Shown here one piece after another: positions 29,319-37,584 of a stretch of DNA of 64,000 nucleotides. Below the pieces are notes generated by a model that was not told the origin of the DNA, searched no databases, and saw only the letters and a program-made list of their open reading frames with translations. The stretch is taken from positions 20,035-84,034 of the forward strand of contig JALHOD010000014.1 in NCBI GenBank assembly GCA_022843165.1, read 5' to 3'. The stretch comes from Pseudorhodoplanes sp. (GTDB lineage Bacteria > Pseudomonadota > Alphaproteobacteria > Rhizobiales > Xanthobacteraceae). Positions within the stretch are counted from its first letter, which is position 1; the number at the start of each line of letters is the position of its first letter. Both the position numbers and the translations under genes were made by a program.

Positions 29319-29336
29319 TTGTCATCAACGCGTCAT
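29319..29336 (+). promoter_or_regulatory. Pho-box-like direct repeat facing the GT21 gene
   Basis: TTGTCAT-CAAC-GCGTCAT has the 7-4-7 architecture of CTGTCAT-N4-CTGTCAT. TATATT lies at 29347-29352, exactly 10 nt downstream. ATG 29360 lies 7 nt after that, implying a leaderless or near-leaderless mRNA. Confidence 0.45.
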
Positions 29337-29359
29337 CGCATCCCGCTATATTTTCACGG

Positions 29360-30493
29360 ATGACAGCAGCAATCCTGATCGCAGCGATCTTTGCAGTTCT
29401 GGCCCTGGCGCTGCATCTGGCCAGCGTGGCAACGGCAATCGTCCGGTGCAAGCCGGCGCAACGCGAGATACCGGCACCCGCCGATGCGGAGGCGATCAGC
29501 GTGGTGATCCCGGTTTGCGGACTCGACAATTATGCCGAGGACACGCTGCGCACGGCCTTCCGTCTCGACTATCCCCGCTACGAGCTGATCTTCTGTGCCG
29601 CGCGGGCGGAGGACGCCGCGCTGCCCGTGATCCGGCGCCTGATGGCCGATCATCGCTGGATCGATGCGCGCATTCTGGTCGGAGATGAGCGCATCAGCGA
29701 AAATCCAAAGCTCAACAACGTATTCAAGGGCTGGCGCGAGGCGCGACATGCCTGGATCGTCATGCCCGACAGCAATGTCCTGATGCCGCGCGATTACCTG
29801 CAGCGGCTGCTGTCGCATTTCGAGTCCGACACCGGCCTTGTCTGCTCGCCGCCGCTCGGCTGTCTGCCGGACGGCTTCTGGGCCGAACTGGAATGCGCCT
29901 TCCTCAACAACTACCAGGCCCGCTGGCAATATTTCGCCGACTCGCTGGGTATGGGCTTTGCGCAGGGCAAGACCATGCTGTGGCGGCGCGAGCATCTCGA
30001 ACGCGCGGGCGGCATTCGCGCGCTCGGCCGCGAGGCGGCGGAAGATGCGGCCTCGACCAAGATCGTGCGGCGGATGGGATTGCGGGTGCAGCTGGTGGAG
30101 CCGCCGGTCCGGCAGCCACTCGGACTGCGCTCGGCGCAAGACGTCTGGAAGCGGCAGCGGCGCTGGGCACGTTTGCGGCGCGCGAGCTTTCCGCTGTACT
30201 TCGCGCCGGAAATACTGTCCGGCGCATTGGCGCCGCTTGTCGCTCTGGTGTTTGTCGCCGTGCAGCTCGATACCCCGCCGCTGGCGCCCGCCGTGCTGTT
30301 CGCAATGCTGTGGTATGGCGCGGAAATGTTTCTGCTGGTGAAAGCCAATTGGCATGTCTCGCGCCATTCCCTCGTCTGCGCCGTCCTTCGCGACCTGATG
30401 CTGCCTCTGCTCTACATCAATGCTTGGGGCGGCAGCCGCTTCGAATGGCGCGGCAACGACATGCGTGCGGTCGAAGGCACGAAGCTGTCCTAG
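29360..30493 (+). CDS. GT21-family glycosyltransferase (ceramide glucosyltransferase-like); candidate Pgt-type glycolipid synthase
   Basis: N-terminal TM, VVIPVCG, DSNV, and a (Q/R)xxRW motif as RQRRWARLRR. C-terminal TM helices. Confidence 0.8.
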   Translation: MTAAILIAAIFAVLALALHLASVATAIVRCKPAQREIPAPADAEAISVVIPVCGLDNYAEDTLRTAFRLDYPRYELIFCAARAEDAALPVIRRLMADHRWIDARILVGDERISENPKLNNVFKGWREARHAWIVMPDSNVLMPRDYLQRLLSHFESDTGLVCSPPLGCLPDGFWAELECAFLNNYQARWQYFADSLGMGFAQGKTMLWRREHLERAGGIRALGREAAEDAASTKIVRRMGLRVQLVEPPVRQPLGLRSAQDVWKRQRRWARLRRASFPLYFAPEILSGALAPLVALVFVAVQLDTPPLAPAVLFAMLWYGAEMFLLVKANWHVSRHSLVCAVLRDLMLPLLYINAWGGSRFEWRGNDMRAVEGTKLS

Positions 30494-30618
30494 CCGCCCG
30501 GGACATTCCCACACACGGCCCCGCCCCTGCTCACGGAACAGGACGCATCTGAAAACTGATGCTATGCCTCGCGCCACGATAGCCGGACCGTTCCGGCTGG
30601 GTACTGCCGGGGAGAAAT

Positions 30619-31524
30619 ATGGTCAGCAGATTGCAGGGTGTTCTTCAGCCGACGATATACCGTTTCAGGCTCGGCGGCTTCGAGGTCACCAGCATCCTGG
30701 ACAGCAAGTCATTGCGCACCGGGCTGCATCCCAAATTCGGCGCCAACGCGTCCGCCGACGAAGCCCACGCCCTTGCCCGTGCGAACCATATCGATCCCGA
30801 CCGGTTCGAACACTCGTTCGGCCCGACATTGGTGGATACCGGGCGGGAGCTTGTGCTGTTCGACACCGGCAACGGCGAATTGCGCCAGGGCGCCTATGGC
30901 AATTTCAGCGCATTGCCGGACGGGGATCTGCGCAGCCTGCTGCCGACTGCAGGCTACCAGCCCGGCGATGTCGACGTGGTGGTGATCACCCACGGCCATC
31001 CCGACCATATCGGCGGGCTGATGTCCGCCAGCGCGCCGGCCTTCCCGAATGCGCGCTACGTCTTTGGTGCGGCCGAATTCGACTTCTGGAAGCGCGGCGA
31101 AAACATTCGCGAAGCCCGCAAGGCCAATCGCGAACTGTTCATGAAAATCGCCGTCCCGTTCGCGGAGCAGTCCAGCTTCGTCAAACCCGGCGACGAAATC
31201 GCGCCGGGCATTCGTGCGATCGACGCGGCCGGACATTCGCCCGGCCTTCTGGCGTTCCACATCGAAAGCGAAGGAAAAAGACTCCTGCTATGGGCGGACG
31301 TGATCATCCATTACGTGATGTCGCTGCAGCGCCCGGACTGGCAGATCGATGTCGACGACGACAAGGACCGGGCGGCGGCCACCCGCAAGCGCATTCTCGA
31401 CATGGTGGTGTCCGAGCGGCTTTGGGCGATCGGATTCCATATGCCTTTTCCGGGCATCGGACTCGTCGAGCGGTGCCAGAACGGCTACCGGTGGGTGCCG
31501 GTGACTTACCAGTTCAACATCTGA
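30619..31524 (+). CDS. MBL-fold metallo-hydrolase
   Basis: HxHxDH motif as ITHGHPDHIGG, with later H and D ligands. RBS ggggag. Confidence 0.85.
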   Translation: MVSRLQGVLQPTIYRFRLGGFEVTSILDSKSLRTGLHPKFGANASADEAHALARANHIDPDRFEHSFGPTLVDTGRELVLFDTGNGELRQGAYGNFSALPDGDLRSLLPTAGYQPGDVDVVVITHGHPDHIGGLMSASAPAFPNARYVFGAAEFDFWKRGENIREARKANRELFMKIAVPFAEQSSFVKPGDEIAPGIRAIDAAGHSPGLLAFHIESEGKRLLLWADVIIHYVMSLQRPDWQIDVDDDKDRAAATRKRILDMVVSERLWAIGFHMPFPGIGLVERCQNGYRWVPVTYQFNI

Positions 31525-31525
31525 C

Positions 31526-32119
31526 TCAGACAAACAGCAGCCCGACCGACAGCGCCACCAACGCAGCCATCATGCAATTGAAAACCCGGCGCGAGCGTTC
31601 CGATGTCAGCAGCCGGCCGATGACGACGCCGAACAGGCAATATACCACCACCGAGCCCGTGGTGGCGAAGGCGAAGACCACAACGATCTGCACGAGTTCC
31701 TGGGTCAGCCTGCCGCCGCCGGTGGTGAACGCGGTGACGACGCTGGCGGCCACGACCAGCCCCTTCACGTTCACCCATTGAAACAAGGCCGCCTCGATGA
31801 AGGTCAGCGGCCGCGGGCTGTGCGCGGCGGCGGCGGGATCGCCGGCCGTGGCGACACGCCAAGCGAGATAGAGAAGATAGACCACGCCGACGATCCGCAG
31901 GGCGTCATGCAGCGCCGGATACCGGACGAAAATCTGCCCGAGACCCAGCCCGAAGGCGACCAGCAGCACGGCAAATCCGGCGGTCACCCCCGCCATGTGG
32001 GGAATCGAACGCACAAAGCCAAAAGCCTGGCCCGACGCCGTCACCATGACGTTGTTCGGACCCGGTGTGAATGACCCTGCAATGGCGAACATCGTCAGCG
32101 GCAGCAGATTTTCATTCAT
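31526..32119 (-). CDS. LysE/RhtB family amino acid or homoserine-lactone exporter
   Basis: N-terminal FTPGPNN motif, six TM segments, 197 aa from ATG 32119. Confidence 0.85.
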   Translation of the reverse strand: MNENLLPLTMFAIAGSFTPGPNNVMVTASGQAFGFVRSIPHMAGVTAGFAVLLVAFGLGLGQIFVRYPALHDALRIVGVVYLLYLAWRVATAGDPAAAAHSPRPLTFIEAALFQWVNVKGLVVAASVVTAFTTGGGRLTQELVQIVVVFAFATTGSVVVYCLFGVVIGRLLTSERSRRVFNCMMAALVALSVGLLFV

Positions 32120-32283
32120 TGAAAAGACGGATCGGCGCCGAGAAGCTTCGCGGAAAAGGGACGTCCGGACGGCTTGGCCGGGGCCGTGCGCGGACATAGT
32201 ATGCGCCATCCGGCGAGCCGACCAGCCGCGCCGGGCCTCCCGTCCCGTCATGCCTGCCATGACGTATCCAAGAAGGATCGCGA

Positions 32284-33063
32284 ATGGATTTCGGAATCAA
32301 GGGCCGCAAGGCCATCGTCTGCGCGTCCAGCCGCGGGCTGGGCTATGGCTGCGCGCTGGCGCTGGCGCGCGAAGGCGTCGAGGTGGTGCTGAACGGCCGC
32401 GACGAGACGCGGCTGGCGCAGGCGGCCGACGAGATCGCCAAGGCGACGGGATCGAAGATCATTCCGGTCGCCGCCGATGTGGCCAAGCCGGAGGGCCAGA
32501 AGGCGCTGTTCGCCGCCTGCCCTGAGCCCGACATCCTGGTGAACAACAATGCCGGCCCGCCGATGCGCGATTTCCGCGAATTGACGCGCGAGCAGATTCT
32601 GGAAGGCGTAACCGCCAACATGGTGGTGGCGATCGAACTGATCCAGAAGGCCATCGATCCGATGATCGCAAAAAAATTCGGCCGCATCGTCAATATCACC
32701 TCCGGCACGGTGAAGATGCCGCTGGCCGGGCTCGACCTGTCCTCCGGCGCGCGCGCGGGCCTGACCGCATTCCTTGCCGGCGTCGCGCGCTCGGTGGCAT
32801 CGTCGAACGTGACGATCAATTTTCTCTTGCCCGGCACCTTCGAAACCGACCGCTTGCGCTCCAACATCGAGGGCAACGCCAAGAAGCAGAACATCTCCTT
32901 CGACCAGGCCAGGGCCAACCGCATCGCCACCGTGCCCGCGAAACGCTTCGGCACCGCCGACGAATTCGGCGCGGCCTGCGCATTTCTCTGTTCGGCGCAG
33001 GCGGGCTATCTCACCGGCCAGAATATCCTGATCGACGGCGGCGTCTTCCCGGCGGCGTTCTGA
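32284..33063 (+). CDS. SDR family oxidoreductase
   Basis: Cofactor motif SSRGLGYGCA, NNAG, and the typical 259-aa length. Confidence 0.9.
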   Translation: MDFGIKGRKAIVCASSRGLGYGCALALAREGVEVVLNGRDETRLAQAADEIAKATGSKIIPVAADVAKPEGQKALFAACPEPDILVNNNAGPPMRDFRELTREQILEGVTANMVVAIELIQKAIDPMIAKKFGRIVNITSGTVKMPLAGLDLSSGARAGLTAFLAGVARSVASSNVTINFLLPGTFETDRLRSNIEGNAKKQNISFDQARANRIATVPAKRFGTADEFGAACAFLCSAQAGYLTGQNILIDGGVFPAAF

Positions 33064-33104
33064 TCGCAACCATTGTCATCATCTCATCCACTCAAGGGGG
33101 AAAC

Positions 33105-33959
33105 ATGAAACTCGTTCGCTTTGGCGCGGCCGGCAAGGAAAAGCCCGGCATCATCGGCGAGGACGGCAAGATCCGCGACATCTCGCGCGTGGTGAAAGAC
33201 ATCGACGGCGCGATGCTGGCGTCGGGCGGACTCGCCAAGATCAAGAAGCTCAACCTCAACCGCATGAAGCCGGTCGCCGGCAAACCGCGGCTCGGACCCT
33301 GCATCGGCAAGGTCGGCAATTTCATCGCCATCGGCCTGAACTATTCCGATCACGCAGCTGAGGCCGGCATGCCGATCCCGAAGGAACCGGTGATCTTCAA
33401 CAAGGCCACGACCGCGATCTGCGGGCCGAATGACGATACCATCATCCCGAGGGAATCCACCAAGCTCGACTACGAGGTCGAACTTGGCATCGTGATCGGC
33501 AAGCGCGCACGCTATCTCGACAAGGACAAGGCGATGAGCGCGGTCGCCGGCTATTTCCTGTCCAACGACGTCTCCGAGCGCTCGTTCCAGATCGAACGGT
33601 CGGGCAGCCAGTGGTACAAGGGCAAGAGCTGCGAAACGTTTGGGCCGATCGGACCGTGGTTCGTCACCAAGGACGAAATCAAGGACCCGCAGAATCTCGA
33701 CATGTGGCTGGACGTCAACGGCGAGAAACGCCAGCGCGGCAACACCAGGACCATGATCTTCGGCGTCGCGCATCTGGTCTGGTACTGCTCGCAGTTCTTG
33801 GTCATGGAGCCCGGCGACATCATCATCACCGGTACCCCGCCGGGCGTGGGACTGGGCTTCAAGCCGGAGCCGAAATTCCTGAAAGCCGGCGACGTGGTCA
33901 CGCTCGGCATCACAGGACTGGGCGAGCAGAAGCAGAAGATCGTGGCGCTTAAAAAATAG
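33105..33959 (+). CDS. Fumarylacetoacetate hydrolase (FAH) family protein
   Basis: GLNYSDHAAE, DYEVELGIVIG, and GDIIITGTPPGVG blocks. Confidence 0.9.
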   Translation: MKLVRFGAAGKEKPGIIGEDGKIRDISRVVKDIDGAMLASGGLAKIKKLNLNRMKPVAGKPRLGPCIGKVGNFIAIGLNYSDHAAEAGMPIPKEPVIFNKATTAICGPNDDTIIPRESTKLDYEVELGIVIGKRARYLDKDKAMSAVAGYFLSNDVSERSFQIERSGSQWYKGKSCETFGPIGPWFVTKDEIKDPQNLDMWLDVNGEKRQRGNTRTMIFGVAHLVWYCSQFLVMEPGDIIITGTPPGVGLGFKPEPKFLKAGDVVTLGITGLGEQKQKIVALKK

Positions 33960-33981
33960 CCTGCACCAGCGGGATGCTGAC

Positions 33982-34006
33982 AATGGCCGGGTCATCCCCG
34001 GCCATT
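33982..34006. terminator. Hairpin between convergent genes (REP-like, possible bidirectional terminator)
   Basis: aatggccggg-tcatc-cccggccatt, a 10-bp perfect stem. The T-tract is poor. Confidence 0.45.
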
Positions 34007-34025
34007 TGCATTTCGGAAGCCGGAA

Positions 34026-34838
34026 CTAAGCCGGCGGCGTCCACCACGCATGAAAATGATGCACGGGGCCGTGCCCGTGGCCGATCTTCAGCGTTTCGGA
34101 GGCGGCAATCGCAGCCGTCACATAAGCCTTGGCCTGCCGTACCGAATCGGCAAGGTCGAGCCCTTTTGCAAGACCGGCGGCAATCGCGGACGACAGCGTG
34201 CAGCCGGTGCCGTGGGTGTTGCGGGTGGCGATGCGCTCCGACGCCAGCCGGACAACGGCTGTCGGTTCGATCAGGAAATCCACGCTCTCGGCGCCGTGAC
34301 CATGGCCGCCCTTGATCAGCACCGCGCGCGCGCCGAGGGCCAGCAATTTTTCGCCCTGCTCGCGCATCTCGGTTTCGGTCTGCGCCAGCGGCCCCTCCAG
34401 CAGCGCCGCGGCTTCCGGCAGATTGGGCGTGATCACCAGCGCCTGCGGGATCAGCGACTTGCGCAAGGTTTCGACCGCCTCAGGCACCAGCAGGCGGTCG
34501 CCCGAGGCTGCGACCATCACCGGGTCGAGCACGATCTTCTCTTGCTTGTATTTTTGCAGGCCGGCGGCAACCGCCGCGATGGTGCGCGGATTGGACAGCA
34601 TGCCGATCTTCACCGCGTTGACCGCCAGATCGGAAAATACCGCGTCGATCTGCGCGCTCACGAAATCCGGCGGCACGTCGTGAATGCCGGTGACGCCCCT
34701 GGTGTTCTGGGCGGTCAGCGCCGCGATCACCGAGGCGCCATACACGCCGAGCGCCGAAAATGTCTTCAGATCGGCCTGGATACCGGCGCCGCCGCCGGAA
34801 TCGGAGCCGGCGATGGTCACCGCAATCGGCGTGGTCAT
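34026..34838 (-). CDS. thiD: Hydroxymethylpyrimidine/phosphomethylpyrimidine kinase
   Basis: [17 protein letters not shown] and [12 protein letters not shown] motifs. Confidence 0.9.
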   Translation of the reverse strand: MTTPIAVTIAGSDSGGGAGIQADLKTFSALGVYGASVIAALTAQNTRGVTGIHDVPPDFVSAQIDAVFSDLAVNAVKIGMLSNPRTIAAVAAGLQKYKQEKIVLDPVMVAASGDRLLVPEAVETLRKSLIPQALVITPNLPEAAALLEGPLAQTETEMREQGEKLLALGARAVLIKGGHGHGAESVDFLIEPTAVVRLASERIATRNTHGTGCTLSSAIAAGLAKGLDLADSVRQAKAYVTAAIAASETLKIGHGHGPVHHFHAWWTPPA

Positions 34839-35497
34839 GCTGCGCCCCGCTGCGACAAGGCGGCGTCTACAATCTCACGCAGCTTCCGTGCGGCAGCTTT
34901 CGGATCGGGCGCGAGCGACAACGCCGAAATCACCGCGATGCCGTCGGCACCGGCCGCGATCACCCGGGCTGCGTTGCTCTCGTCGATGCCGGCGATCGCG
35001 CCGGCCGGCATGTTCGGCTTGCGCTTGCGGATGATACCGGCAAGTTCGGCAAATCCCGTCGCTCCCACCGGCGGCTCCGGATTGTCCTTCGACTGCGTTT
35101 CGAACACTCCGCCAATGCAGACATAGTCGAGAAGTTCCAGTGGAGCCGCCTGAGCCTGCTCAGCCGTCTTGATCGACAGGCCGACGATCGCCTCACGTCC
35201 GAGCAAGGTGCGCGCGTCCGCGACCGGCATGTCGTCCCAGCCGATGTGAACACCGTCTGCGCCCGCCGCCAGTGCGACATCGACACGGTCATTGATCAAG
35301 AATGGAACAAACGACCCGGCGAGCGCGGCCTTGATCGCTTTCGCTTCCTCGATCATGCGCAGGGTCGAGCCGGCCTTGTCGCGCAACTGCACCAGCGTCG
35401 CGCCGCCCTCCACCACCGCGCGGGCAATATCCTCGAGCGTGCGGCCGCCGCTGCGGTCCGGATCGACAAGGGCATACAAACGCAGATCGACACTCAT
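34835..35497 (-). CDS. thiE: Thiamine-phosphate synthase
   Basis: [15 protein letters not shown] and AISA blocks. It has 4-nt overlaps with both neighbours. Confidence 0.9.
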   Translation of the reverse strand: MSVDLRLYALVDPDRSGGRTLEDIARAVVEGGATLVQLRDKAGSTLRMIEEAKAIKAALAGSFVPFLINDRVDVALAAGADGVHIGWDDMPVADARTLLGREAIVGLSIKTAEQAQAAPLELLDYVCIGGVFETQSKDNPEPPVGATGFAELAGIIRKRKPNMPAGAIAGIDESNAARVIAAGADGIAVISALSLAPDPKAAARKLREIVDAALSQRGAA

Positions 35498-36279
35498 TGC
35501 GACACCTTGGCTCTCTGCCGCAATGCAGCGGCATCGAGATTGTAAAGCGCATCCAGGATTTCAACGGCAAAACTGCCCGGTCCGCGCGCGCGTTCCGCCG
35601 CAATCTCGCCGGCAATGTTGAACAGCAGCAACGCGGCCGCAGCGGCATTGAGCGGATTTTTCTCGACGGCGAGGCAGGCCGCCAGCACAGCGGATTCCGC
35701 GCAACCCATGGCGGTGACCCGGGTCATCAGCGGATCGCCATTGCCGATTTCGACGATATCGCGGCCATCCGACACGATGTCGGTTCCGGCGGTCATCGCG
35801 ACCGTGAGCGACTGCGTTTCCGCGAAGAGGCGAATCGCATCACGGCCAGCGGGTGCACTGGCCAGCGCCTCGAATTCACCGGCATTCAGCCGCAATGCGC
35901 GCGGCATCTTCGTCAGCATTGTGCGTGCGAAGTCCGCACGAAAGCCGGACCGATCGACCTTCACCGGATCAAGCACCCAGGCGATGTCCGCATCACATGC
36001 GGCATCGGCGGCCAGAGTCATGGATCGCCGGCGCTCATCGTCCAAAGTGCCGAGATTGATGAGAAGCGCGCCCGAGCCGCGTACGAAATGCTCCACCTCG
36101 ACGGCCGACAACGTCATCGAGGGGGTGGCGCCAACGGCCAGCAGGACATTGGCTGTGAATGTCTGCGCCACCGCATTGGTGAGGCAATGCACGCGCGGAT
36201 GCAGACGGCGCAACCGCGCCAGCACATCGGCGGCAATGTCGGATAACCCGGATGACGGCGCCTGGTCAGGTGCGCGCAT
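35494..36279 (-). CDS. thiM: Hydroxyethylthiazole kinase
   Basis: HCLTNAVAQTFTANVLLAVGATPSM and TAMGC motifs. Confidence 0.9.
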   Translation of the reverse strand: MRAPDQAPSSGLSDIAADVLARLRRLHPRVHCLTNAVAQTFTANVLLAVGATPSMTLSAVEVEHFVRGSGALLINLGTLDDERRRSMTLAADAACDADIAWVLDPVKVDRSGFRADFARTMLTKMPRALRLNAGEFEALASAPAGRDAIRLFAETQSLTVAMTAGTDIVSDGRDIVEIGNGDPLMTRVTAMGCAESAVLAACLAVEKNPLNAAAAALLLFNIAGEIAAERARGPGSFAVEILDALYNLDAAALRQRAKVSQ

Positions 36280-36286
36280 TCTCTGC

Positions 36287-36368
36287 TCCCTCCGCCGGCA
36301 TGACCCGGATCAGGTTCGATGGGTTGGCCTTCGCCTCTCAGTCCGGCGGCGGATCCGCCGGACACCCC
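36287..36368 (-). promoter_or_regulatory. TPP (THI-box) riboswitch
   Basis: The minus strand reads ggggtgtccgg...ctgagagg...aacccatcgaacctgatccgggtcatgccggcggaggga. The conserved CUGAGA, ACCUGAUC and GGGUnAUGCC-type elements are present. It ends 8 nt before the thiM ATG. Confidence 0.85.
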
Positions 36369-36436
36369 ATGAGATTGCTCGCGCTTTACCTAACCCCGCC
36401 CTGCCCCGGATGCAAGGCAGGCCGGGCGGGATCCGA

Positions 36437-37423
36437 TCAGTCCGACAGCTTGACGCCGGCCGCCTTGATGATTTTCGCCCATTTCTCGGTTTCGCTCTTC
36501 ACGAAAGCCGCCATCTGTTCGGGCGTGGAGGGTGTGGCTTCCGCACCCAGAGCGTAGATGCGTTCCTTGATCGCCGGATCCTTCATGGCGCCGACAAACG
36601 CCTCATTGAGCTTCCTGATGACGGGCGCCGGCGTGCCTGCCGGTGCAATCAGTCCGAACCAGCCGATGGATTCGTAATCCTTGAGTCCACCTTCAATGAA
36701 GGTCGGCACATCCGGCAAATGGCCGTCACGCTTCGTGCTGGTCACGCCCAGAGCCTTGATCTTGCCCTGCTTGATCAGCCCCTGCGACGACGGCACATCC
36801 ACGATCGCAAACGGAATGTGTCCCGCCAGCACGTCCTGCGTCGCCGGACCCGAACCCTTGTAGGGCACCAGCGGAATTTTCACGCCAGCCAGATGGTTGA
36901 ACAATTCCGACGAGAGATGCATCGCAGTGCCGTTTCCGCCATGGCCGATCGACGCCTTTTGCGGTTCGGCCTTCGCGAATTTGAGAGCGTCGGCCACCGT
37001 CTTTCCCGGGAAGGACGCTTCCGCCACCATCACAAACGGGATCGCGGTGAGCATGGTGATGGGCGCCAGATCCTTGACGGGATCGTAGGGCATCCTTGGC
37101 TTGAGGCTGACATTGACCGACAGCGCGCCTGCGGCGCCGATGCCGATGGTGTAACCGTCGGGAGTCGATTTCGCGACGGCGTCCACCCCGATATCGCCGC
37201 CCGCGCCGGGGCGGTTCTCGATGACGATGGGCTGACCGAGCTGCTTCTCCAGATAGGGCTGCATTGCGCGCGCCAGGATGTCGGTCGAGCCGCCCGGCGG
37301 GAAGGTCACCACCAGCTTGATCGGACGGGTGGGATAATCGGCCTGGGAATGGGCAAGGCCGGTCATGCCGAGGTGGGCAGCAACAGCCATCGCACACAGA
37401 CGCATGAATGCGCGCATTGTCAT
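36437..37423 (-). CDS. Bug/TctC-family tripartite tricarboxylate transporter substrate-binding protein
   Basis: Signal peptide, then ADYPTRPIKLVVTFPPGGSTD, the Bug-family hallmark. An RBS gggagg lies before ATG 37423. Confidence 0.85.
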   Translation of the reverse strand: MTMRAFMRLCAMAVAAHLGMTGLAHSQADYPTRPIKLVVTFPPGGSTDILARAMQPYLEKQLGQPIVIENRPGAGGDIGVDAVAKSTPDGYTIGIGAAGALSVNVSLKPRMPYDPVKDLAPITMLTAIPFVMVAEASFPGKTVADALKFAKAEPQKASIGHGGNGTAMHLSSELFNHLAGVKIPLVPYKGSGPATQDVLAGHIPFAIVDVPSSQGLIKQGKIKALGVTSTKRDGHLPDVPTFIEGGLKDYESIGWFGLIAPAGTPAPVIRKLNEAFVGAMKDPAIKERIYALGAEATPSTPEQMAAFVKSETEKWAKIIKAAGVKLSD

Positions 37424-37584
37424 CTTTCCTCCCATCATGGTTTTTTGTTTTGTCATTCGATTGCAGATCACAATTGTTGTCCGGCACAATTGAATATGCA
37501 AGGATGAAGAATAGCCATTCATCACCATAATACATCCGCACTCAGTAAATGCGGCAGCGAAGCCTACCGGGAAAGCGTGCCAAC

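Noticed and set aside
35615-37507. 630-aa plus-strand ORF spanning thiM, the riboswitch and the Bug gene
   Set aside because: It crosses a recognisable riboswitch and two well-supported minus-strand genes, and it has no motifs.
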